Assembly (NCBI GenBank): GCA_965262915.1
Contig: OZ253564.1
Span: 4,896,001-4,960,000, forward strand
DNA from: Candidatus Spongiisociaceae bacterium
Lineage (GTDB): Bacteria > Actinomycetota > Acidimicrobiia > Spongiisociales > Spongiisociaceae
Reading direction: 5' to 3'
Length of the DNA: 64,000 nucleotides
Both the position numbers and the translations under genes were made by a program. The notes under the pieces are model-generated. The model was not told the DNA's origin, made no database searches, and was given only the letters and a program-made list of their open reading frames with translations. Positions 31,160-39,340 of this stretch are shown in pieces; the first letter of the stretch is position 1, and every line of letters begins with the position of its first letter.

Positions 31160-31296
31160 CCTAAACCCTGTCCGAACCGCCCCAACCCGGGACCATCAAC
31201 CAACACCGGCGAAGACCCCGACGCAGGAGCCACGACGCTGGCTGCCACAACACGCCCAGTCTGCCTAACTCCCCCACCACCCCCTGAGCCTCGCTA

Positions 31297-31340
31297 CGGA
31301 GGGGTAGTCCGCTGCCAACAGGGGTGAACAACCACCTGAG
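31297..31340 (+). repeat. 44-bp direct repeat, copy 2
   Basis: See 29458-29501. Confidence 0.7.
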
Positions 31341-31349
31341 CGACTACAG

Positions 31350-31710
31350 GCCGTTCTCCAACGCGACAGCCTCGTCGTCGGGGTCCTTCAGCGCCAAAGA
31401 CTTCACCCCCCGTGCCCAACCTGACCCCAACGGGCCGCTGTTCGCGAAAAAGATCGTGTTCACCGGCACGCTGGAGTGCATGCCGCGGCGAGAAGCGTTT
31501 CAAGCAACAGTCGACGCAGGAGCCGCCCCGATCGGATCTGTGAGCAAGCGCACCGACTATCTCGTCGCAGGAGCCACCGACCTTCCGCAAGGTCGGGGAA
31601 TCAGGGCTGAGCACCAAACACCGCAAGGCCCTCGCCCTAGCCGCTACAGGCAACCACATCCAGATCATCGACGAGGACCAGTTCATGTGCCTCCTCGCCG
31701 GCACAGTCAC
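31350..31710 (+). pseudogene. BRCT-domain remnant (as in DnaQ-like exonuclease-BRCT proteins), frameshifted
   Basis: PLFAKKIVFTGTL..M.R.EA......G....SVSKRTDYLVAG, then in a shifted frame S.KHRKALAL...G..IQIIDEDQF. Confidence 0.75.
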
Positions 31711-32007
31711 CAGCGACGCTCCCATCGCTCACAGCGACGACGATGCCAGTCACCACCGACCCACACTCGCCTAAAGCAGAGCCCCAACCCCCGGTGCGGC
31801 AGAACACCCCGAACGCCGGTGAGACGGTTGTTCCACATCGCCGACGATGCGTCACCCCAGCGGTCCTCGAGGACGCGGCATACCCGCTCGGCGCTAACCC
31901 CGGAACCGGACACAAGGGTGGTGGTCGACATACTTAAACAGTTGGGCACCCCTCCGGTTTTGCAAGGGCCGGGGGTCGCTGATTTGCCGGCGGCGAAGGG
32001 GCCCCAC

Positions 32008-32075
32008 ACAGAAACAGCCCCAGCCAGGCGGCTGGGGCCGTCGGGCCGGGGCTACTCACCCCGGCGGGGTACCCC
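32008..32075 (-). ncRNA. Candidate ~70-nt structured small RNA divergent from the NYN gene
   Basis: Minus-strand promoter upstream; hairpin 32045-32065; 11-bp stem 32015-32040 followed by UUUCUGU (terminator-like). Confidence 0.5.
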
Positions 32076-32078
32076 CCG

Positions 32079-32108
32079 ATTATCCGACGCCGACCACCCG
32101 ATTGTCAA
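32079..32108 (-). promoter_or_regulatory. Sigma70-like promoter TTGACA-N18-GATAAT
   Basis: Perfect -35 at 32103-32108 and 5/6 -10 at 32079-32084 on the minus strand. Confidence 0.6.
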
Positions 32109-32126
32109 GTACCTTCTCTCCTGACG

Positions 32127-32765
32127 ATGAGCCAACAACGGGTGATCACCTACATCGACGGCTACAACCTGTACCACGGTCTGCTGGAAGCAGGTCTGCG
32201 TTCCTCACGGTGGCTCGACCTCCCCAAGCTCGGCAGGTCGCTTCTGAAACCCGGCCAGCACCTGGTCCTGACCAGGTATTTCACGACCCGGGTGAAAGGT
32301 GACCCGGCCAAGGCCCGCCGCCAGGCCCGCTACATCGATGCTCTCACAACCCGGGGAGGCATCGAGATCGACTTCGGCCACTTCTTATCCAAACGCGTCA
32401 CCTGCCACAGCTGCGGACACACCTGGACCAAAAGCGAAGAGAAAAAGACCGACGTGAACATAGCGGTACGGATGCTCGAAGACACCTACGACGACCGCTT
32501 CGACACAGCCATAGTCATCTCCGGTGACAGCGACCTCGCCACACCGGTCGAGACGATCCGAAAACGGTACCCCCACAAGCGGGTGCTAGTCGCGTTCCCA
32601 CCGAAACGCTACTCCCACGAACTCCGCCGGGTCGCCGGCGTCACGTTCAGGATCTTCAACCGCAACATCCGAACAAGCCACCTACCAGCAACCGTCACCA
32701 CCAACGGCGGGATCGCCCTCACAGCCCCACAAGGATGGCTGCCAACCCCCACGACCAACACGTAA
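32127..32765 (+). CDS. NYN (LabA/DUF88, PIN-like) ribonuclease with CxxC insert
   Basis: YIDGYNLYHG, RYFT, CHSC, EEKKTDVNIA, ISGDSDL, FPP motifs. Confidence 0.92.
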   Translation: MSQQRVITYIDGYNLYHGLLEAGLRSSRWLDLPKLGRSLLKPGQHLVLTRYFTTRVKGDPAKARRQARYIDALTTRGGIEIDFGHFLSKRVTCHSCGHTWTKSEEKKTDVNIAVRMLEDTYDDRFDTAIVISGDSDLATPVETIRKRYPHKRVLVAFPPKRYSHELRRVAGVTFRIFNRNIRTSHLPATVTTNGGIALTAPQGWLPTPTTNT

Positions 32766-32953
32766 ACCAGGGAACACGTGGTTGCCTCCCCGATCAGGTG
32801 GGTACCGAAGGGAAGTCACGGTGTTCCGAACCCTGGGGTCCGTCGCCCGCTCTCGAGGCCTTGAGGCCTCCTGTCCACACCGAACCTGCACTGTCATATA
32901 CACAGACTGCTTGGATTTGTATATACCCGGGCTGCACCAGGTGGCCACTGGCC

Positions 32954-34147
32954 CTACCGCGGAGTGGGGGTGTACCTGCTGAGTTCGTAGCCTCCGGGTT
33001 GATCGGGAGGATCGGCAGGCGGCAGTGATGAGGCTGGCTGGGCGGGGGCAATGCTGAGACGCACGGCGGGTTCTTGCTCTCCTACGAGGTGGTCTATCAG
33101 GGTACGTGGGAGGCAGAGCGTGTTGGCGAGGTCGTCTCGAGGGATCCCGAGGCTTTCGGCTTGTTCTACGCATCGGCGGAGGAGGATGGGCTGTTCGGGG
33201 GGGCCGAGGGTTCCGGGTTCGTTGATTCGCCATGTGGTTCCGTCAGCGTTCTTGGCTGTGCTGAGCTTGATGAACGCCCGCCGGTAGCTGTGTTCGGATA
33301 TGGTGCCCAGGTTTTTTGCTCGCACGATCAGCGACTGTAGAGAAACCCCCCAATGCCGTTTTAGTCTGAACAGCATGTTCCAGTCGAGCGGTGATGCCAG
33401 ATATGGGGCTACCTCGTCGGCTGGTAGGAGGAAGGCAGACGCGAAGGCGTGGGCTTGCTGCTCGACGATCTGGCTTCCCGGCTCCGTGTCGTCGTGTGCT
33501 ACCAGATGACCGAATTCGTGGGCCGCGTCGTGGCGGGAACGGGCCTTGTCGCCTTTGTCGGAGTTCAACACGACAATGGGGCGGTCTTCGAGCACACAGG
33601 AGAACGCGTCGACCTTCTCGCACCCGACCGGTAACCTGACTACCACCGCGCCGAGGCTTTCCAGGTGTCGGGTCATGTTGCCTATTGGAGCCGACCCTAG
33701 GTTCAGAAGCCGCCGGCACTCGCCAGCGAGGTTCTCCATGTCGTCCCTTGACGCCCGTTCCGGTAGCACAGCCCTCGGGAAGGCTACTGGTGGGATGGAT
33801 AGATAGCTCTCCAAGAGGTTGGTGAGTTCCCAAGCGAAGACCGCATGTGTGAGCGCTCGGCGGCGGTCTCGTACAGGAGTCGAACGAAGGCTCCGGAAGT
33901 GCACCACGCTGCTGCTGGCAGCTGCCGTCGGCCGTCCCGGCACGAAGAACTCGCGTGGCATGCCCAACGCTATCGCGATCCTGGCTATCACACCACGGGT
34001 GGGTTGATAGGTTCCGTTCTCGTACTGCGATACCGCCGCGGGTGTCACCTCCGCCGCGACGGCCAGCTGCCTCCTGGTCCAGCCTTTGGCTTCGCGGGCC
34101 ATCCGAAGACGGTCCCGGTCAAAGGCTACAGCTCTTCTATTCCGCAT
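32954..34147 (-). CDS. XRE HTH + ImmA/IrrE (DUF955) metallopeptidase, Rv2017-like
   Basis: RLRMARE.KGWT...LA....VT.AAVSQYENG...P; HFRSLRS; HDAAHEFGH (HExxH); E.QA.AFASAFLLP; LKRHWGVS. Confidence 0.92.
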   Translation of the reverse strand: MRNRRAVAFDRDRLRMAREAKGWTRRQLAVAAEVTPAAVSQYENGTYQPTRGVIARIAIALGMPREFFVPGRPTAAASSSVVHFRSLRSTPVRDRRRALTHAVFAWELTNLLESYLSIPPVAFPRAVLPERASRDDMENLAGECRRLLNLGSAPIGNMTRHLESLGAVVVRLPVGCEKVDAFSCVLEDRPIVVLNSDKGDKARSRHDAAHEFGHLVAHDDTEPGSQIVEQQAHAFASAFLLPADEVAPYLASPLDWNMLFRLKRHWGVSLQSLIVRAKNLGTISEHSYRRAFIKLSTAKNADGTTWRINEPGTLGPPEQPILLRRCVEQAESLGIPRDDLANTLCLPRTLIDHLVGEQEPAVRLSIAPAQPASSLPPADPPDQPGGYELSRYTPTPR

Positions 34148-34923
34148 TCCTGAGAGGGCTCAATCAAGATCCTGGGTTCGGATATCTGATCGTAGGACGG
34201 GCCGGACGGGCCACCGGGGCTTGGCGCCACCGAGACACCGCCTAGGGCGTCACCGTCTTCGCCGCATCCTCTCTCCGCGCAGAAGTCAGGGAGGCGAAGC
34301 GTGAAGAAATACCGCGAACCTGAGGTACGACCCCTAGGGGCTCCGACCCACATTCCGAGGAGGCCTTCCAACGGACCGCCGTAGTGAACGATGTACCACA
34401 CGGGAAGACCCAACCGTGCGGCATGCTCGCCGAGACCGATCCGGTCTCGGTCGAACAGAGACAACTGTTGAAACTTGTTTCTTGCTACATTCCGTCGTTT
34501 CGTGATCGACCCGGACCCCGGGTCGTAACCCTCGAGCTTGAACGAAGGGTCTGACCCGCCACGGTAAACCTTGATCTCCAGTCCCCCCGCTGTGGTGATC
34601 GTAAGGGAATTCCCCGGACGCGCAACGGTGACATCCGGGTGGCGCCCAGATAGTCGTTCCTCGATTCGCCACCACGAGTGCCGCCAGATGCTTAGACCAT
34701 GGAGGGTCCGATCGTCGCCTATTGCCTCGTCGTAGCGCTCACCGTTGGCCCGGTACACGTCGTCGAGGATGTGCTGCAGGTCATGCAGAAACCCCTCCGG
34801 GTCCTCAAGCCCCATCCCAGCACATACGTCCTCAAACGTCGGCCCGCTGCTAGTGATAGGATCCCCCTCCCTCTTCTTCTGCTCGACGGCTGGTACGAAC
34901 AGAACTATATCATACCCGCTCAT
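34126..34923 (-). CDS. Hypothetical partner of XRE-ImmA protein (Rv2016-like putative toxin)
   Basis: Overlaps the XRE gene start; ...N..QQLSLF motif typical of such partners. Confidence 0.6.
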   Translation of the reverse strand: MSGYDIVLFVPAVEQKKREGDPITSSGPTFEDVCAGMGLEDPEGFLHDLQHILDDVYRANGERYDEAIGDDRTLHGLSIWRHSWWRIEERLSGRHPDVTVARPGNSLTITTAGGLEIKVYRGGSDPSFKLEGYDPGSGSITKRRNVARNKFQQLSLFDRDRIGLGEHAARLGLPVWYIVHYGGPLEGLLGMWVGAPRGRTSGSRYFFTLRLPDFCAERGCGEDGDALGGVSVAPSPGGPSGPSYDQISEPRILIEPSQECGIEEL

Positions 34924-34986
34924 AACTCGGTAGTAAATGAAGCTAGTCCACCAGGTGGGCTTCCTGAACTGAAGGCGGTGGTCTCC

Positions 34987-35895
34987 TTACTCCGGGTAGC
35001 GACGGCCCGGGTCGTGCTCGGCGGTCAAGGCGGCTACCGCTTCTATACCCGGCCGTACGTACCGGTCGAGGCTGCGCAGGCTGCGGTGGCGGCTTTTGGC
35101 TTTCAGCAGCGGTGCACCTACTCCCCTCTCGCCTAGATGGGTGAGGGCGGAGTGGCGCAGCTGGTGCAGCGTCCAGCCCGACGCGTTGCGGAACAGCTTC
35201 CAGGCCTGCTGATACGACAGGCGTCCCCGCCCCGTGTCAGGACACACATCAGAAAGGGCCGGTGCCTGGTTGGGTCGGCGGTGGGTGACGAACACCGGTC
35301 CCCGCTGCCGGCCACCCAAATATCGGGGCAGGAGGCGGGCGGTTCCCGAAGCCCACACCACTTCTTGGCGGTGGCCGCCTTTGCCCCTCACCACAGCCCT
35401 CCTAGCCCCCAAGTCGAGGTCCTCAATGTTGAGGGCCAGTATCTCGTTCGCCCGGGCGGCGGTTTCGTACAGCATCCTCCACAGCGTCTTTTCCCGAACG
35501 TGGATATCCGCTCGGGTCCAGAGGGTGTGCAGCTGTTCGTAGCGGACCGGTGCGGTGTCGTCCCGTACCTGCGGGCGGCGTTCTATCCCCGCCAGCGGAT
35601 CCTCGGTTACCCAACCCTGCGCCTGTACCCAACGGCGGAACGACCCCACCGCCGCCAGACGACTGTTCCACGTCGCCGCCGCCGCGTTCCCCCATCGCTG
35701 CTCGAGGACCCCTCGCAGCCGTTCGGGAGTGGCATCGGCCAGAGCAGAACCGGCACCGAGGTCCGACACGACTGCCCCCAGACAGTACGCGTAGCTGCGT
35801 CGGGCGTTTGGGGACAGCGGTTTGGCGGCGAGGAACTGTTCGACAGCGCGGCCCAGAGACGGCACCCGATCCGGGAGAAGAACAACCTCAGCCAT
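34987..35895 (-). CDS. Tyrosine recombinase/integrase (intact)
   Basis: LYETAAR (R), RGKGG (K), HQLRH (HxxR), SRH, RY (Y); AAGGAAGG RBS. Confidence 0.93.
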   Translation of the reverse strand: MAEVVLLPDRVPSLGRAVEQFLAAKPLSPNARRSYAYCLGAVVSDLGAGSALADATPERLRGVLEQRWGNAAAATWNSRLAAVGSFRRWVQAQGWVTEDPLAGIERRPQVRDDTAPVRYEQLHTLWTRADIHVREKTLWRMLYETAARANEILALNIEDLDLGARRAVVRGKGGHRQEVVWASGTARLLPRYLGGRQRGPVFVTHRRPNQAPALSDVCPDTGRGRLSYQQAWKLFRNASGWTLHQLRHSALTHLGERGVGAPLLKAKSRHRSLRSLDRYVRPGIEAVAALTAEHDPGRRYPE

Positions 35896-35908
35896 CCCAG
35901 GACCTTCC

Positions 35909-36021
35909 TTAGTAGAGATAACAGGCAGGGTTCACCGGAAGGGACGGTAACCGCTCCCCCAGCGTGTTCGGGGTTTCGTTCCGCTGTTAGTAGAGATTCC
36001 GCCAATATCTCCAGTAGCTGC
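35909..36021. promoter_or_regulatory. Putative recombinase binding/recombination region
   Basis: TTAGTAGAGAT repeated at 35909 and 35987; second copy forms an imperfect inverted repeat with ATCTCCAGTAG (36007-36017). Confidence 0.5.
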
Positions 36022-36408
36022 TGGGACGCAGCCCGTAGCTGGCGGCCAAACGAGGTGGCAGCCTTCCGGAACGCCCCGGGTGATCGCCATCAGCGGGGGT
36101 TGAGCCTGTTCTGTGGTCCCAACGGTCGCTTCTGCCATCCACGTGATCGTTCTGCGAGACAGCGATCATGTGGACGCAACTGCTGCATACCAGATACGTC
36201 TACCTTTGGACCTGATCCGTCGGTACGCGCCCGGGACCAATCGCGGCTACCTAATAGGCCTTCTTCTCCCGCCTACCCGAATGCCCTCGAAACTCAACTC
36301 GGCGTGTATGCGGGGCGCCCCATAGATACCGCGCTCCGGAGTGGGGGTGTAGATCAGGTCCGCTTACAACGGAAGCGCCGCGAATCGTTAGGCGGGGATC
36401 CGACGCTG

Positions 36409-36909
36409 CTAGTCAACCCGGATTCGACGGAAGTCCCTCTGCCAGTAGAGGAGGGGTCGGGCGGGGTCGTAGCGGACGGCGTGCTCGGCGTGCCCGATGA
36501 AGATGGTGTGATCACCGGCCTCGACAAACTCAACCTTGCGGCACTCCAAGCTTGCGTACGATTGCTCCGGGAGGCACAGTCCCGCTCCTTCATATGTCGG
36601 GGGCCTCACCGCCAAGCCCGAGAACTTGTCGGTAGCCTTCGAGGCGAATCTCAGCGCCACCTGACCCGTTCCCTCCCGAAGCATGTTGACAGTGAACCCC
36701 TCGGCGGCTCGCAACGCCTTGATGCTCTGGGATGCATGGTCGATGCAGATCAGTACAAGAGGGGGATCGAGCGAGACCGATGTGAATGCCGAAACGGTAA
36801 GGCCATGATGCCACCCCTGGGTGTGGCCGGTTACCACGGTAACGGAGGCTGCGAAGTTGGACATGATGTCGCGGAAAACATCCTGAAGGGGCGGCAGGCC
36901 TTGGGTCAC
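36409..36909 (-). CDS. Flavin reductase-like protein (HpaC/DszD family)
   Basis: FR..MS.FA..VTVVT, GLTVSAFTSVSLDPPLVLICI, AGDHTIFIG, PLLY. Confidence 0.9.
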   Translation of the reverse strand: MTQGLPPLQDVFRDIMSNFAASVTVVTGHTQGWHHGLTVSAFTSVSLDPPLVLICIDHASQSIKALRAAEGFTVNMLREGTGQVALRFASKATDKFSGLAVRPPTYEGAGLCLPEQSYASLECRKVEFVEAGDHTIFIGHAEHAVRYDPARPLLYWQRDFRRIRVD

Positions 36910-37354
36910 GCGGAGTCCTTTCTTCGGCAGCTTCCCAGCGACTTGAAGTATCCCCGCGCCCCGACCACCGTGCCCAACGAGACGAACATGCCATACGCCG
37001 CGCCGTCTCGCACCGCCCGAGAATTCGGTCTCGTCCCATGATCCGGCCACGGTCGCCGCGCTGAACACCATAGCATCCGGTGCCCAACAGGCAGGGACAC
37101 CTGGCCCTGGCAACCCTGTCCATATTCGAGATGCTGAACGTAACCACCGATCCCACCCTTCCCGCGCGGCGGCATGGACCAATCGGGGGGGTAGGGGACC
37201 CTCTGCCAAGACCAGGGGCCTCAAGTCCGCCAACTCTCTGGTACTGAGGCTCAATACTGGCAGCCCTCGGTGCGGTTCCCGCGGCTGTGCAGCTGCCACC
37301 CATCATGGACAACTGGCTAGATTCGGTGTGGACGACTCGCGAAGAGAGGGAACC

Positions 37355-38380
37355 ATGGCTCTGGGATTCGACGCTGTATGCGCGCGGGAACTCGAACTTT
37401 GTGGGATCCGCGAAGACGATTCGGTGGCGATACTCACTGCTGGGAGCCGTGAAGTTCACGCAGCTGCGATGTTCGCCGCAGCCGAGGCGCTGGGAGCATT
37501 CGCCTATGAGGTTCGCGTCTCGCCCCGGCGACCGGGGGGGATGGACACGGGCACATACGGTACAACGCCGCTGGCCGGCAACAGGGCCGCTATCCAATCT
37601 CTCAAGGAGGCCGATCTGGTGATCGACCTCATCGGGCTGCTGTTCTCTCCCGAGCAGGAGGAGATACTGGAGTCCGGTACCCGGATGGTGCTTGCCATGG
37701 AGTCCATACCCATCCTGACTCGGCTGTTCCCGTCAAAGGATCTCCGTCGTCGGGTGGAGGCCGGGGCACGCGTGATGGGTGAAGCTGCTTCGATCCGACT
37801 CACCAACCCCGAAGGCACGGAAGTGACCTACGACGTCGGGACGATGTCGATCCTGACCGAGTACGGCTACAGCGATCAACCGGGCCGCTGGGATCACTGG
37901 CCGTCGGGTTTCGTAGCAACCGCTCCTGACGAGGGAGGGGTCAATGGACGCATCGTGCTGACCCCGGGAGACATCGTGTGTGAGTTCAGACGCTATCTCC
38001 AGACACCGGTCGACATGCGGGTCGAAGAGGGGAGAATCGTCGACATCAGCGGGGGCATCGACGCGGATCTGATGCGCGATTACATCGAGGGGTTCTCCGA
38101 TGACGACGCCTATGCCATCGCCCACGTGGGGTGGGGTCTGAACGAGCGAGCCCGTTGGTCCGCACTGCTCACCGAGCCCCGAAGCCAGGGCATGGAAGCC
38201 AGATCGTTTTACGGCAACGTGCTGATCTCTACGGGCCCGAACACCGAGTTCGGCGGGACGAATAGTTCGGAGTGTCACCTAGATATTCCGATGCACGGTT
38301 GCACGCTGTACCTCGATGACGATCCGGTCGTGGTCGACGGTGCGGTCGCCGTTGACGAGATGAAGGCCTCCGGCCGCTGA
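37355..38380 (+). CDS. nicX: 2,5-dihydroxypyridine 5,6-dioxygenase-like protein
   Basis: G.TPL.GN..A..LK.ADLV.DL..LLFSPEQ.EIL..GTR, EYG..D.PGRWDHWPSGF, AYA..HVGWGL..RA.W, GM.AR.F.GN.L.STGPN.E.GG, CHLDIP. Confidence 0.85.
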   Translation: MALGFDAVCARELELCGIREDDSVAILTAGSREVHAAAMFAAAEALGAFAYEVRVSPRRPGGMDTGTYGTTPLAGNRAAIQSLKEADLVIDLIGLLFSPEQEEILESGTRMVLAMESIPILTRLFPSKDLRRRVEAGARVMGEAASIRLTNPEGTEVTYDVGTMSILTEYGYSDQPGRWDHWPSGFVATAPDEGGVNGRIVLTPGDIVCEFRRYLQTPVDMRVEEGRIVDISGGIDADLMRDYIEGFSDDDAYAIAHVGWGLNERARWSALLTEPRSQGMEARSFYGNVLISTGPNTEFGGTNSSECHLDIPMHGCTLYLDDDPVVVDGAVAVDEMKASGR

Positions 38381-38441
38381 CCCACGCGACCAGATTCGGC
38401 CCTCGCCCCGCCGCGATCGCATTCGCGTTGCAGGGGAGCCG

Positions 38442-39229
38442 TCAGATCACCATGGTTGCAGACCGAGATAGGACTGCGTAGATAACGCTGTGAGCTGTCA
38501 CTACCGATATCTTGGCGTTCTCAGCTGCCGCCGGGCCTACTGCCTCGACCCGTATGCTGCCAGCCGGGCCCGAGGCTTCAAGCAAGCCGGCATTGTCGGT
38601 TCGATCCGGGTCGGCTACAAGGTGCACTTCGGTTTCGTCGAAGCCCTTCCCGGCGAGCGCGACAGTGGCTGCGATATTGGCGTTACGTGGATAGAGGAGC
38701 GCAGCCTTGCGAGCCGAGCCGCGAAACAGCACGGTCCGCTTCCGAAGAAGGGCGAGATCAACCAGGCTTTCGGCCGGTGTACCCTGCCACGCATGCGGTG
38801 GCTTCGTCGATGGTCGAGGCCTCCCTGACGCAGTGCGGTAAGTCCGTCGATTCCTGCGATCGCTCCGGCAGGCAGGATGAGCTTGGCGCGACCTCGACGG
38901 GCCGCCTCGTTCAGACCACGGCGCTCGGCATCGTCGGCGAGAACACCGGTCGAGATGACCAGAAACTCGATGCCCTGGGCGAGCAGTGGCCGCCCATAGG
39001 ATCGAACCGCGCCGTGTCCGGCGCACTCCGCCACGATGTCGGGGCCTGTCTGCGCGAGGTCGCCGGGCGACGACACCACGTCGAGGCCGGGCGGCAACTC
39101 TTGTCGCATACGAGCTTCCGTCCCGGACTTCACTGCCACGGCAACGATCGAGACTTCGTCGGATCGGGCCAACTCCGAGACGACGATCCGCCCTATCGCT
39201 CCATATCCGACGATCGCGACCCGTGTCAC
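38442..39229 (-). pseudogene. nadX: L-aspartate dehydrogenase, frameshifted near 38812
   Basis: IVGYGAIG, ECAGH.AV, GAIAGIDGL in one frame; KPP.AW.GTPAE, F.GSAR.AA..YP.NAN.AATVALAG, N.K.S..TA.S in another. Confidence 0.85.
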
Positions 39230-39340
39230 CGGCGAACGGGCGTCCTTCCTTGGATATTCGAACAGGCCCTACAGCGGGTGCGTTCCATCTTCTCTACGCC
39301 GGCCTCGTGAGCCTTGGTGTCGGTCGAATAGAGTCTGCCC

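Larger units (their letters stand above)
32960..36351. mobile_element. Putative 3.4-kb minimal integrative module bounded by the 15-bp direct repeat CGGAGTGGGGGTGTA
   Basis: Identical 15-mer at 32960-32974 and 36337-36351 enclosing the integrase and two genes. Confidence 0.45.

Noticed and set aside
25600-32100. CRISPR array or integron attC array
   Set aside because: No regularly spaced repeat-spacer series, no cas genes, no clear GTTRRRY/RYYYAAC pairs, and the recombinase is not evidently IntI-like.
29458-36351. Intact Tn3-family transposon
   Set aside because: IR-like sequences are in direct orientation, with no opposing end and no TnpA in the window.
36910-37330. N-terminal extension of the flavin reductase ORF to 296 aa
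   Set aside because: The extension has no recognisable domain; the family domain starts near GTG 36909.
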